NCBI GenBank assembly: GCA_016184305.1
Contig: JACPCX010000121.1
Span: 1-38,684, forward strand
Origin: Candidatus Rokuibacteriota bacterium
Lineage (GTDB): Bacteria; Methylomirabilota; Methylomirabilia; Rokubacteriales; CSP1-6
DNA: 38,684 nt
Reading direction: 5' to 3'
Within the stretch, counting starts at the first letter, position 1. Every line of letters begins with the position of its first letter. A model generated the notes under the pieces. The model did no database searches. It was not told where the DNA came from and saw nothing but the letters and a program-made list of their open reading frames with translations. Both the position numbers and the translations under genes were made by a program. This document shows positions 8,888-17,900 of the stretch, in pieces.

Positions 8888-9394
8888 GTGGCCAAGCCGG
8901 CCGACCCCGCCTTCCTGCGGCAGGTGCTCCTGTTCAAGGACATCGCCGACCCGGAGCTCCTGGCCCTGTGGCCCTGGCTCCACGAGCGGCGGCTGCGCGC
9001 GGGAGAGGTCCTCTTCCGGGAAGGCGATCTTGGGAGCGAGCTGTTCCTGATCCGGTCCGGGAGTGTGGTGATCTCCAAGCGTGTCACGGGGCGGGTCGAG
9101 CAGGTGCTGGCCCGGCTCGAGCCGGCTGACTTCTTCGGGGAGATGAGCCTCTTCGACCGGCGGCCGCGCTCGGCCACCGTGCAGGCCGACGTCAACACCG
9201 TGCTCCTCGGCCTCACCGGCGAGAACCTCGACCGGTTCATCGAGAGCAGCCCCCGCGCGGCCACCGCGTTCTTCTTCCAGCTCGTCCAGGTGTTCATCAA
9301 GCGGCTCCGCGACTCGGGCGACCTCGTGGCGGAGGTCACGCGCTGGGGGCTCGAGGCCACGGGGCTCGACATCGAGCATACCTCGCCCGGATGA
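8888..9394 (+). CDS. Stand-alone cyclic-nucleotide-binding domain protein
   Basis: GEVLFREGD, FFGEMSLFDRRPRSATV phosphate-binding cassette and C-helix. No HTH. Confidence 0.9.
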   Translation: MAKPADPAFLRQVLLFKDIADPELLALWPWLHERRLRAGEVLFREGDLGSELFLIRSGSVVISKRVTGRVEQVLARLEPADFFGEMSLFDRRPRSATVQADVNTVLLGLTGENLDRFIESSPRAATAFFFQLVQVFIKRLRDSGDLVAEVTRWGLEATGLDIEHTSPG

Positions 9395-9398
9395 TGCG

Positions 9399-10622
9399 GT
9401 GACCGCCCGCAAGTCCAAGATCGAGCTCCTCGTCCGGGACGAGGCCGGTGACAGGTTCCGGATCCAGCGTGTCGAGAGCGGGCTCGCCTACCTCCAGCAT
9501 CGGCCCCAGCGGATTCCCCTCGCGGAGTGCGAGCTCGCCGAGATGCGTTCCGGGGTGCGCAAGGCCACGTCCTACGTGCTGAAGAACCGCAAGACCGAGC
9601 ACTACATCCAGCTGACCGAGCCGGAGAAGTTCCTGTGGGAGCAGATGGACGGGCACGCCTCGCTCCAGGAGATGGCCACCGCCTACGTGCTGCGCTATGG
9701 CGCCTTCGACTTCGACATCATCCCGGGCCTCATCTCCAAGCTCCGCCGCGCCGAGCTCCTGACGATGCGCCCGGCGTCACGCCTGAGGGAGGTGCTGTCC
9801 CGCCACCGGCGCAACCCGGCGGTGCGGGCGGCCGAGGCCGCCTTCAAGGCCCTCGAGAAGCTCACCGTGACGAGCCGGCGGGCGCACACCCTCTTCGAGC
9901 GCGTGTACCGCTACGGCGCCTTTGTCCTCTTCACGCCGTTCATGGTGGCGGGGCTCGTCCTCATCACGGGGCTTGGCGTCCGCGGGGCCGTCCTGCTCTG
10001 GGGGGACCGGAGCGAGGTGACCGCCGCGCTGGCGGCCCACCCCATCGCGGCGATCCTGCTCGTCAAGCTCTTCTTCTGGCTCACGGTGATCAGCCACCAG
10101 ATGGTGCACGCGCTGGCCCTCGTGCATTACGGGCGGCGAGTCCGCGAGTTCGGCTTCACCATGCTCCACGGCTTCATCCCGACCTTCTACGCCGACGTGA
10201 CCGACATCTTCATGGGCACGCGCCGCGCCCGGCTCGTGGCGGCGCTGGCCGGGCCGCTGGTGCACCTGTTCCTCGCGGCCTTCTACCTCTGGATCGCGAG
10301 CCTGCTGGGGCCCGGGCTGCTCAAGGGCTTCCTCGCCGTCTCGGCCATCCTGCAGCTGCAGTCGCTGTTCGTGAGCCTCTACCCGTTCTGCTTCCTCGAG
10401 ATGGACGGCTATCACGTCCTGGTGGATCTGCTGGGCATGCCCACCCTCAACCACGAGTCCGTGAGTTTCGTCCGCCACTCGCTCTGGCGGCGGCTCGTGA
10501 AGGGGGTCGGGCTCAACCGCCAGGAAGTCGTCTACGTCTCCTACGTGTTCCTCTCGACCGCCTCCATCGTGGCCTTCGTCGGGATGAACGTGTGGCTGCT
10601 GTTCCGCGCGGGCGCCTCCTGA
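9399..10622 (+). CDS. PqqD/RRE-like domain fused to M50 (site-2 protease-like) membrane domain with HQxxH variant motif
   Basis: YVLKNRKTEHYIQLTEPEKFLWEQMDGHASLQEM...LISKLRRAELL (RRE-like), followed by TM helices, SHQMVHALA, FYADVTD, AGPLVH and EMDGY. Confidence 0.75.
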   Translation: MTARKSKIELLVRDEAGDRFRIQRVESGLAYLQHRPQRIPLAECELAEMRSGVRKATSYVLKNRKTEHYIQLTEPEKFLWEQMDGHASLQEMATAYVLRYGAFDFDIIPGLISKLRRAELLTMRPASRLREVLSRHRRNPAVRAAEAAFKALEKLTVTSRRAHTLFERVYRYGAFVLFTPFMVAGLVLITGLGVRGAVLLWGDRSEVTAALAAHPIAAILLVKLFFWLTVISHQMVHALALVHYGRRVREFGFTMLHGFIPTFYADVTDIFMGTRRARLVAALAGPLVHLFLAAFYLWIASLLGPGLLKGFLAVSAILQLQSLFVSLYPFCFLEMDGYHVLVDLLGMPTLNHESVSFVRHSLWRRLVKGVGLNRQEVVYVSYVFLSTASIVAFVGMNVWLLFRAGAS

Positions 10623-11281
10623 AGCCCGCGATCGGGGTGATGGCGAAGGTCCCGGGGCTCGAGCCCGTGAAGTCGCGGCTCCATCCGGCGCTCACTCCGG
10701 AGATGGCCACGGTTCTCTACCGCTGCTTCCTCCTGGACCGGCTCGACGCGCTTGCGACGCTACCCGGGATCGATGCGCTGGTGGCCTTCACGCCGCCCAC
10801 CGGCCGGGCGCGCATGGTGGCGCTCGCCCCGGAGGGTTTCCGGCTCGTGGCCCAGCAGGGGAGAGATCTGGGAGAGCGGCTGTCGAATCTTCTTGCGGGC
10901 CTCCTCGCCAGCGGGCACCCCGGCGCCATGGCCATCGACAGCGATAGCCCGACACTGCCGATGGCGCATGTCCGTGAGGCGGCGGAGGTCCTGGCGCGGG
11001 GCGCGGCCGATCTGGTGCTGGGCCCGTCAGACGACGGCGGCTACTATCTCGTCGGGCTCCGCCGGGGAGCCCCTGGCCTCTTCGCGGGAATTCCCTGGAG
11101 CACGGATCGTGTCCTGCCCCTGACGATCGAGAAGGCCGGCCGGCTCGGGCTCAGGACGCACCTCCTGCCCGAGTGGTTCGACGTGGACACGGAGGCGGAC
11201 CTGCGGCGCCTCCACGCCGCGCTTCTCGCGGGCGCAGGTCCGCGGCGCACGAGCCGTTGCCTCGAGGCGATCTACGGGTGA
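10619..11281 (+). CDS. DUF2064/TIGR04282-like glycosyltransferase-A fold protein
   Basis: MAKVP...VKSRL, QQGRDLGERL, IDSDSPTLP, VLGPSDDGGYYLVG, IPWST and WFDVDT. Start uncertain (CTG 10619, GTG 10637 or ATG 10640). Confidence 0.85.
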   Translation: MKPAIGVMAKVPGLEPVKSRLHPALTPEMATVLYRCFLLDRLDALATLPGIDALVAFTPPTGRARMVALAPEGFRLVAQQGRDLGERLSNLLAGLLASGHPGAMAIDSDSPTLPMAHVREAAEVLARGAADLVLGPSDDGGYYLVGLRRGAPGLFAGIPWSTDRVLPLTIEKAGRLGLRTHLLPEWFDVDTEADLRRLHAALLAGAGPRRTSRCLEAIYG

Positions 11282-11311
11282 GCCTCTGGGGGTGACCGTC
11301 CGGGGCGGGTC

Positions 11312-12652
11312 TCATGAGCCGCCGCCGGCGACGAGCGCCACGAGTCGCGCGACCGAGTCATCGAGTGGCGTGTCGGCGGCGCCCGCGCTTCCCTCCCATA
11401 GCCTCAGCTGCTCGTCCTCGGGGAGCGCCTCGAGCGCCATCTGAGCCCGGCGCCTCACCTCCGGGGCGAGCAGTCGCGCCACGTCCACCACGAGCCTCAC
11501 CGCGGGCGCCGCACGCTCTGCGCCGGGGGAGATGGCGCGCACCCGGGCGGCGCCCGCGTCGAGGAGGAGGCGGCTGACCCGGATCACCTCGCCATCCACG
11601 CGCAGCAGATCGCCGGGCACAGGCCCCCACTCGAGCCTGAGGCTTGCCATGACCTGACGGATGGACGCGCCGAGCGGCGGCGCGCTCTCGCGCGCGACGA
11701 GCGAGGCCAGGGCGGCGCGCCAGATCGGCGAGGCCGGCGCGGGAGGGCGCGGATCGTCCACGGGCGAGCGCCGCTCGACGATCTCGCCCGTCGCGTCGAG
11801 GACGAGCCGGTCCTCGAGCGGCTGGCCCAGTGCCCAGAGGGAGCAGACCACGCGGTCGCCCTCCCCGCGGACGACCCGCGGCTCGCGCCTCAGGACTTCC
11901 TGGGAGGCCACCCGGTAGAAGGCCGTGGTGCCCAGCACGACCTTCTCCACCTCCTCGCGCATCTGGACGCATACGTCGCGGCTCACGTGGTGGCGCTCGT
12001 GAGGTGCCGGCAGCCAGTCGAGCGGCTCGCCGGCGAGAAAGCGCTCGAGCGGCCTGTGCACGGCGGGATCGTAGCGAAAGGCCTCGAGCAGCGAGGTGAA
12101 GAGATGCTCCGACGGGTAGGGGCCGCGGTAGCGGGCCCGCGCGACGCCCTGGTCTTGCATCAGGCCCGCCAGCACGTTCAGGAGCGCCGTGCCTGCGCCG
12201 GGAGGGAGGCGTCGCGGCTCCGCCAGCGGGGGGATCACGTCCAGCCGCGCGTAGTCGAGGGCCTGATAGACGGTGATGGGCGCGGCCGGCCTCCAGGGCG
12301 CGTGCTCGTTCATGGCCCAGACGCGGTCCGAGGGGCCCCAGGCCGGATGCGTCGCGCTGTCGGGCTCGACGCCGATCCACCGACCGTCGGCCATGCGGCA
12401 CGTGACCCACGCGAGTCCGCCACTCTCGCCCCAGCGGTACGCCGCCACCAGGTGGCCCCGCCGGTCGATCTCGACGAGGCGGAGCCGCGTGCCGGGGCGG
12501 TAGCCGATGACGCTCCCGTGGCGCCGGACCGACACGGGAGGCGCAGGCCCGTCGAGAGCCCGGCGCAGCGCCGCCACGCCCGCCGGGTCGTGGGCGGCGA
12601 TCTCGGCTCGGGCGAGAGAGGCGGAGAGACGCGGCAGGTGTGCGCGGTCCAT
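11312..12652 (-). CDS. Hypothetical protein (~446 aa)
   Basis: Long ORF with protein-like composition that fills the gap between genes. No family recognised. Confidence 0.7.
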   Translation of the reverse strand: MDRAHLPRLSASLARAEIAAHDPAGVAALRRALDGPAPPVSVRRHGSVIGYRPGTRLRLVEIDRRGHLVAAYRWGESGGLAWVTCRMADGRWIGVEPDSATHPAWGPSDRVWAMNEHAPWRPAAPITVYQALDYARLDVIPPLAEPRRLPPGAGTALLNVLAGLMQDQGVARARYRGPYPSEHLFTSLLEAFRYDPAVHRPLERFLAGEPLDWLPAPHERHHVSRDVCVQMREEVEKVVLGTTAFYRVASQEVLRREPRVVRGEGDRVVCSLWALGQPLEDRLVLDATGEIVERRSPVDDPRPPAPASPIWRAALASLVARESAPPLGASIRQVMASLRLEWGPVPGDLLRVDGEVIRVSRLLLDAGAARVRAISPGAERAAPAVRLVVDVARLLAPEVRRRAQMALEALPEDEQLRLWEGSAGAADTPLDDSVARLVALVAGGGS

Positions 12653-12663
12653 CCCGAGCGTTG

Positions 12664-12673
12664 ATGGTACAAT
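12664..12673. promoter_or_regulatory. Overlapping divergent -10 elements (bidirectional promoter)
   Basis: ATGGTACAAT reads TG-G-TACAAT on the plus strand and TACCAT on the minus strand, between divergent genes less than 30 bp apart. Confidence 0.55.
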
Positions 12674-12680
12674 GCGACTC

Positions 12681-13076
12681 GTGCGAGCCCTCCTGGTTGT
12701 GTGCGGCCTCCTGCTCGGCGCCTGCGCGTCCACGGGCGGTTTGCCGGCTCAGCCCTTCACTGACGTTCCCGTCGGCGCGCAGTGGCAGCCGTACTCGCGC
12801 GACTGGGTCGTGATCGAGACGCCCGGAGTCACGGCCGCCAAGCTGATCTACTTCGCCAAGACCGGCGTGGATGCGACCCTCGCCGAGGTGCGCCGGCTCA
12901 TGCCCCAGAGCGGGTGGAGGGAGAGGGCCACCGAGCGCTTCGTGAACCCCGAGGGCTTCAAGGGCCAGTGGGCGGAGTACGTGAAGGGCGCGGATGTCTG
13001 CCGCGTGACCGTCATCGAGGGGGCGAGCGCCACCCACGTGGACCTGACCCTGGCCCGGCACCCGGCCACACGCTGA
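12681..13076 (+). CDS. Putative lipoprotein
   Basis: Signal peptide with lipobox LGAC. GTG 12681 preferred because ATG 12672 overlaps the -10 box. Confidence 0.75.
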   Translation: MRALLVVCGLLLGACASTGGLPAQPFTDVPVGAQWQPYSRDWVVIETPGVTAAKLIYFAKTGVDATLAEVRRLMPQSGWRERATERFVNPEGFKGQWAEYVKGADVCRVTVIEGASATHVDLTLARHPATR

Positions 13077-14515
13077 TGGCGGGCGCCGACCTGGCCTGGC
13101 GCTCGGCCATGGAGCTGGCCGGGCTCATTCGCGACAAGCAGGTCTCCCCGGTCGAGGTGATGGACGCCGTCCAGGCCCGGATCACCGCGCTGAACCCCGG
13201 GATCAACGCCTTCTGCACCGTCGCGGAGGAGGAGGCGCGGGACGCGGCCCTGGCCGCGGAGGTGGCCGTGCTCTCCGGCGAGCCGCTCCCGCCGCTCCAT
13301 GGCGTGCCGGTCTCGGTGAAGGACCTGATCTTCACCCGCCGCATCCGGACCACGGGCGGCTCCCGCCTCTTCGCCGACCACCATCCGGAGGAGGACGCGG
13401 TCAGCGTGGAGCGGCTCAGGGCGGCGGGCGCGGTCATCGTCGGCAAGACCACCACGCCGGAGTTCGGCCACAAGGGCATGACCGACAGCCCGCTCTGCGG
13501 CGTCACGCGCAATCCCTGGAACCTGGAGATGACCCCGGGCGGGTCGAGCGGCGGCGCCGCCGCGGCCGTGGCGGCCGGGCTGGCCCCGCTGGCTCTGGGG
13601 ACGGACGGCGGCGGCTCCATCCGCCTCCCCGCCTCGTTCTGCGGGATCTACGGGCTCAAGCCCTCATTCGGGCGCGTGCCCTCCGGGCCCGGCTTCCCCG
13701 GGTGGGAGACCTTCTCCCACACCGGGCCCATGACGAGGACCGTCCGGGACGCCGCGCTCATGCTCGACGCCCTCGCGGGTCCCGACGACCGAGACCGCCA
13801 TTCGCTGCCGGCCGATCCGGGCGGCTCCTTCCTCGAGGCCTGTGATGCGGGCATCGCCGGCCTGAGCGTCGCCTGGTCCCCCGATCTCGGCCGCGCGCGG
13901 GTGGACCCCGAGGTGGCGGAGCTGTGCGAGCGGGCCGCCGTGCAGCTCGAGTCGCTCGGCTGCCACGTGGAAGTGGTTATGCCCACCTGGGATGATCCCG
14001 AGGAGATCTTCCGCGTGATGGCGGCGGCCGAGATGTTCGCCGCCTGGGGCGACCGGCTGGCCGACGCTTCGCAGGAGCTCGACGGGACGCTCGTTGCGCT
14101 GCTGCGCTTCGGCCGTACCGTCACGGCGGAGCAGTACCTCACGGCCGCGCGCCGGCGGCGCGAGCTCTGGGGCGAGGCGCAGCGCTTCCTGGCGCGTTTC
14201 GATCTCCTCATCACGCCGACGATGCCGGTGCCGGCCTTCGCGGCGGCAGGGCTCCCGCCCAGGCAGATCAACGGCCGGGAGATCTCGCCGCTGGGCTGGT
14301 TGCCATTCACGTTCCCCTTCAATCTCACCGGGCAGCCCGCGGCCACGGTCCCCGCGGGCTTCACGGCGGCGGGGCTGCCGGTCGGGCTCCAGATCGTCGG
14401 ACGGCGGCACGCGGACCGCACCGTGCTCGCCGCCTCCGCCGCGTTCGAGGCCGCCGCGCCGTGGAGCCATCACCGGCCGGGTCCCGATCCCCGCCCGCCG
14501 CGCGGTTGCGGCTGA
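13076..14515 (+). CDS. Amidase-signature family protein
   Basis: [32 protein letters not shown] and [18 protein letters not shown] overlap with the upstream gene. Confidence 0.93.
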   Translation: MAGADLAWRSAMELAGLIRDKQVSPVEVMDAVQARITALNPGINAFCTVAEEEARDAALAAEVAVLSGEPLPPLHGVPVSVKDLIFTRRIRTTGGSRLFADHHPEEDAVSVERLRAAGAVIVGKTTTPEFGHKGMTDSPLCGVTRNPWNLEMTPGGSSGGAAAAVAAGLAPLALGTDGGGSIRLPASFCGIYGLKPSFGRVPSGPGFPGWETFSHTGPMTRTVRDAALMLDALAGPDDRDRHSLPADPGGSFLEACDAGIAGLSVAWSPDLGRARVDPEVAELCERAAVQLESLGCHVEVVMPTWDDPEEIFRVMAAAEMFAAWGDRLADASQELDGTLVALLRFGRTVTAEQYLTAARRRRELWGEAQRFLARFDLLITPTMPVPAFAAAGLPPRQINGREISPLGWLPFTFPFNLTGQPAATVPAGFTAAGLPVGLQIVGRRHADRTVLAASAAFEAAAPWSHHRPGPDPRPPRGCG

Positions 14516-14730
14516 TCCTCATCTGTCTCGGCGGGGCGCTCGGCACGGCCGCCCGCTACCTGGCGGGCGGGGTCGTGGCGCGCTGGGTGGGGTCCGACTT
14601 CCCCTACGGCACGCTCCTCGTCAACGTCCTGGGATCCTTCCTGATCGGCCTGATCCAGCACGCGCAATTGACATCGCCCGATGCTTGTCGGAGTATCCCT
14701 CTGGCGCCCCGCAACCCGTGGGGTGGGTGA
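14506..14730 (+). pseudogene. crcB: Truncated fluoride channel CrcB/Fluc
   Basis: [14 protein letters not shown]...[18 protein letters not shown], then similarity is lost near 14660. The GFxGxxTTFS helix is absent. Confidence 0.8.
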
Positions 14731-14753
14731 GTCAGGGAGGCCTCGGAAGACAG

Positions 14754-15815
14754 ATGCCGGCGCGGGGTTACGATGCCATCGTGGTCGGAGCCAGCTTCGC
14801 GGGCCTCGGCGTGGCCCGTCAGCTTCGCGGCGACGTCTTGCTCCTCGACCGCCACGAGGTGGGCGCCGTCCAGACCTCCGCGTGCGGCACCCCGCTCTGG
14901 GTCCCCCAGACGCTCGGAGTGGCGGACAGCGTCCTCCAGGTTCACGAGCGCCTGACGGTTCGCACCCCGGGGCGGAGCGTGACCTACGACCTGTCGGCCG
15001 TGCCCTTCTGCACCTTCGACTACAAGGCATTCTGCCAGGGGCTGCTCGGCCAATGCCGCGCCCGCTTTCTCCGGACGAGGGTGACCGGGGTCGAGGAGGG
15101 GGCCGTGATCACCGGCGAGGGGCGGTTCAGCGCGCCGGTGGTGATCGACTGCTCCGGGTGGCGTCGCGCCGTGGTCAACGGCGGCGAGGCGGCGCGCCCC
15201 CGCGGCGGGGCCTACTCCTTCGGCCTCGAGGCGCGGGCCGATTTCACGGGGGAGGGGCTCTCCTTCTGGCTCGACAAGGGGCTGATCCACCGCGGGCTGG
15301 GCTGGATCTTCCCGGCCGGGGCGCAGAGCCTCGTCGGCCTGGGCTCCTACGTGGGCGCCTCCAAGCTCAGGCCCGCCCTCGAGCGCTTCCTGTCCGACCG
15401 CGGCGTGGCCGCCACCAGCTTCCACGGCACCTACTTCCCGAACCGGCTCCTGCGGCCCACCGTCGGGCGCCTGTTCGCCGTGGGGGACGCCGCCGGGCAG
15501 TGCATGCCGTTCACCGCCGAGGGTATCCGCCCGGCGCTCTACTTCGGTGGAGAGTGCGGCAAGATCGTGCAGGAGGTGATCGAGGGCCGGCTGAGCCTGG
15601 CCGACGGCCTCGAGCGCTACCGCCGGCTCGTGGGACGCTACCGGCGCGCGTACCGCGTCCTCTGGCTGGCGCAGCTGTTCGCGATGCACGCCCCGACGCG
15701 CTGGTTCGGGGCCTTCACGAGCCTGGCCGCGCGGCATCCGGTCCTTCCCCGCTGGTGGCCCCGCTACGCGTGGTTCGGCCGCATGGACCCCGCGCCCGTG
15801 GCCATCGTGACATGA
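14754..15815 (+). CDS. NAD(P)/FAD-dependent oxidoreductase (geranylgeranyl reductase-like)
   Basis: YDAIVVGASFAGL, GWIFP and VGDAAGQCMPFTAEGIRPA. Confidence 0.85.
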   Translation: MPARGYDAIVVGASFAGLGVARQLRGDVLLLDRHEVGAVQTSACGTPLWVPQTLGVADSVLQVHERLTVRTPGRSVTYDLSAVPFCTFDYKAFCQGLLGQCRARFLRTRVTGVEEGAVITGEGRFSAPVVIDCSGWRRAVVNGGEAARPRGGAYSFGLEARADFTGEGLSFWLDKGLIHRGLGWIFPAGAQSLVGLGSYVGASKLRPALERFLSDRGVAATSFHGTYFPNRLLRPTVGRLFAVGDAAGQCMPFTAEGIRPALYFGGECGKIVQEVIEGRLSLADGLERYRRLVGRYRRAYRVLWLAQLFAMHAPTRWFGAFTSLAARHPVLPRWWPRYAWFGRMDPAPVAIVT

Positions 15816-15851
15816 GCACCCGCCCACGGGTCCTGCGCGGGCCATGAGGGA

Positions 15852-16580
15852 ATGCACGGCCTGATCTCGCGCTACCGCTGGGCGCTTGTCGTCGGCAGCT
15901 CTGTTCTCTTCACGGCGGCCAGCCTCTGGTTCCTCCTCGCCGACGACCTCGCGGGCTACCACTTCCTGCTCCGCCTCTACCAGGACAAGCACTTCCTCAA
16001 GCGGACGCTCCGGGAGTGGGGAATCCTGGCGCCCGTGATCTTCATGATCATCCAGGCGCTGCAGGTGATCATCTCTCCCATCCCCGGCGAGGCCACCGGC
16101 TTCCTCGGGGGCTACCTCTTCGGGGTGTGGCTCGGCTTCATCTACTCCACCATCGGGCTGACGGCGGGCTCGGTGGCGGCCTTCGGCGTGGGCCGCTGGC
16201 TCGGCGCGCACTTCGTCCGGAACCTGGTGAGCAAGCAGACCTGGGACCGGCTCGGCTTCATCGTGGAGGCCGAGGGGACGATCCTCTGCTTCATCATCTA
16301 CCTCATTCCCGGCCTGCCGAAGGACATGGTCTCTTACCTCTTCGGGATCAGCCCGATGCCGCTGTGGGTGTTCGCCCTGGTCTCGGGGCTCGGCCGGATG
16401 CCCGGCACCTGGGTCCTGTCGGCCCAGGGCTCCCAGACGGCGGCCGGCCAGTACGTCCGGGTGGTGCTCATCTCCGCCATCGCGGTGGCCGTGGCCCTGC
16501 CCCTCTACTACTACCGCCACCGCATCGTCCGGTGGTTGGAGTCGCGCAACGGTCAGGGGTCGGGCGACGGGGGGGCTTGA
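15852..16580 (+). CDS. TVP38/TMEM64 (DedA/VTT domain) membrane protein
   Basis: QALQVIISPIPGE...GGYLFG...LIPGLPKD...GRMPG, with multiple TM segments. Confidence 0.9.
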   Translation: MHGLISRYRWALVVGSSVLFTAASLWFLLADDLAGYHFLLRLYQDKHFLKRTLREWGILAPVIFMIIQALQVIISPIPGEATGFLGGYLFGVWLGFIYSTIGLTAGSVAAFGVGRWLGAHFVRNLVSKQTWDRLGFIVEAEGTILCFIIYLIPGLPKDMVSYLFGISPMPLWVFALVSGLGRMPGTWVLSAQGSQTAAGQYVRVVLISAIAVAVALPLYYYRHRIVRWLESRNGQGSGDGGA

Positions 16581-16605
16581 CAGGCCCCACGTCGGTTCGT
16601 AGACT
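16577..16605 (+). promoter_or_regulatory. Sigma70 promoter of the DAHP synthase leader
   Basis: TTGACA (16577-82)-17 nt-TAGACT (16600-05). Confidence 0.8.
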
Positions 16606-16636
16606 GGCAGCCACGCTTCACACAGGAGGCAGGCCA

Positions 16637-16726
16637 GTGGCACGGAAGGGGAACGGGATCGCGCAGGGCTGGCGGTTCTACTTTTATTACTTTCCCTCCG
16701 TCCGCCTACTGGCTTCCCTGAGCTAG
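16637..16726 (+). CDS. Attenuator leader peptide MARKGNGIAQGWRFYFYYFPSVRLLASLS
   Basis: AGGAGG at 16624-29 and GTG start. Seven aromatic codons within eight positions (W R F Y F Y Y F). Lies between the promoter and a terminator upstream of DAHP synthase. Confidence 0.85.
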   Translation: MARKGNGIAQGWRFYFYYFPSVRLLASLS

Positions 16727-16781
16727 CACCCAGGAGCCACGGGCGGACGAGCCGCCGGCCCGTGGCGATCGAGATCGAGCC

Positions 16782-16818
16782 AACGCCGCGGGCAACACAC
16801 CCGCGGCGTTTTTCTTTT
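16782..16818 (+). terminator. Intrinsic terminator of the attenuator
   Basis: AACGCCGCGGG-CAACACA-CCCGCGGCGTT followed by TTTCTTTT. Confidence 0.88.
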
Positions 16819-16883
16819 CCACGGGCCGAGGGCGGCGGCCGGGGATGACAACCGGATAGGCATAGGTCAAAGAAAGGCACAGC

Positions 16884-17900
16884 ATGATCATCATCATGAA
16901 ACCGGGATCGACCGAGGCGGATAGCGACGACGTCTGTCGCCGGGTGGCAGACTTCGGGTTCAGGACCCATCTCTCCCGGGGCGAGGTGCGGACCATCATC
17001 GGCGTGGTGGGCGACGATCGCGCGAAGGAACAGCTCCTCGCGCTGCAGTCGCTGGACGCCGTCGAAGGCGTGGTCCGGATCCTCCAGCCCTTCAAGCTCG
17101 CGAGCCGCGAGGCGCATCCCGAGAGCACCCAGTTCAAGATCCGCGACGTGCCGGTCGGCGGCAAGCAGATCGTCGTCATGGCGGGCCCCTGCGCCGTGGA
17201 GTCCCGGCCGCAGCTCCTGGCGGTGGCCGAGGGGGTCAAGGCGTGCGGGGCCCACATCCTCCGCGGCGGGGCCTTCAAGCCGCGCACCTCGCCGTACGCC
17301 TTCCAGGGCCTCGAGGAGGAGGGGCTCGCGCTGTTGTCCGAGGCGAGCCGCAAGACGGGGCTGCCGGTCGTGACGGAGGTGATGGAGCCCGACAAGGTGG
17401 AGGTGGTCGCCGCGCACGCCGACGTGCTGCAGATCGGCGCGCGCAACGTCCAGAACTTCTCGCTCCTCAAGCGCGTGGCCGAGTGCGGCAAGCCCGTGCT
17501 CCTCAAGCGCGGCATGTCCACCTCCATCCAGGAGTGGCTCCTCTCCGCCGAGTACGTGCTGGCGGGGGGCAACCCCAACGTGATCCTCTGCGAGCGGGGC
17601 ATCCGCACCTTCGAGACTGCGACGCGTTACACCCTCGACCTGAACGCCATCCCTGTCGTCAAGCAGCTCTCTCACCTGCCGGTGTTCGTGGACCCGAGCC
17701 ACGGGACGGGGCACTGGGAGTACGTGGCCGCCATGGCCCGGGCGGGGCTCGCCGCTGGCGCCGACGGGCTCATCATCGAGGTGCACAACAAGCCGGAGGA
17801 GGCGCTCTCGGACGGGCCGCAGTCCCTCAAGCCCGACCGCTTCGCTGCGCTCATGCGCGAGCTTCGCCCCCTGGCCGAAGTGCTTGAGCGAAGCCTGTAG
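16884..17900 (+). CDS. aroF: DAHP synthase type I-beta with N-terminal ACT-like regulatory domain (paralog 1)
   Basis: [46 protein letters not shown] and DPSHGTG. Confidence 0.95.
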   Translation: MIIIMKPGSTEADSDDVCRRVADFGFRTHLSRGEVRTIIGVVGDDRAKEQLLALQSLDAVEGVVRILQPFKLASREAHPESTQFKIRDVPVGGKQIVVMAGPCAVESRPQLLAVAEGVKACGAHILRGGAFKPRTSPYAFQGLEEEGLALLSEASRKTGLPVVTEVMEPDKVEVVAAHADVLQIGARNVQNFSLLKRVAECGKPVLLKRGMSTSIQEWLLSAEYVLAGGNPNVILCERGIRTFETATRYTLDLNAIPVVKQLSHLPVFVDPSHGTGHWEYVAAMARAGLAAGADGLIIEVHNKPEEALSDGPQSLKPDRFAALMRELRPLAEVLERSL

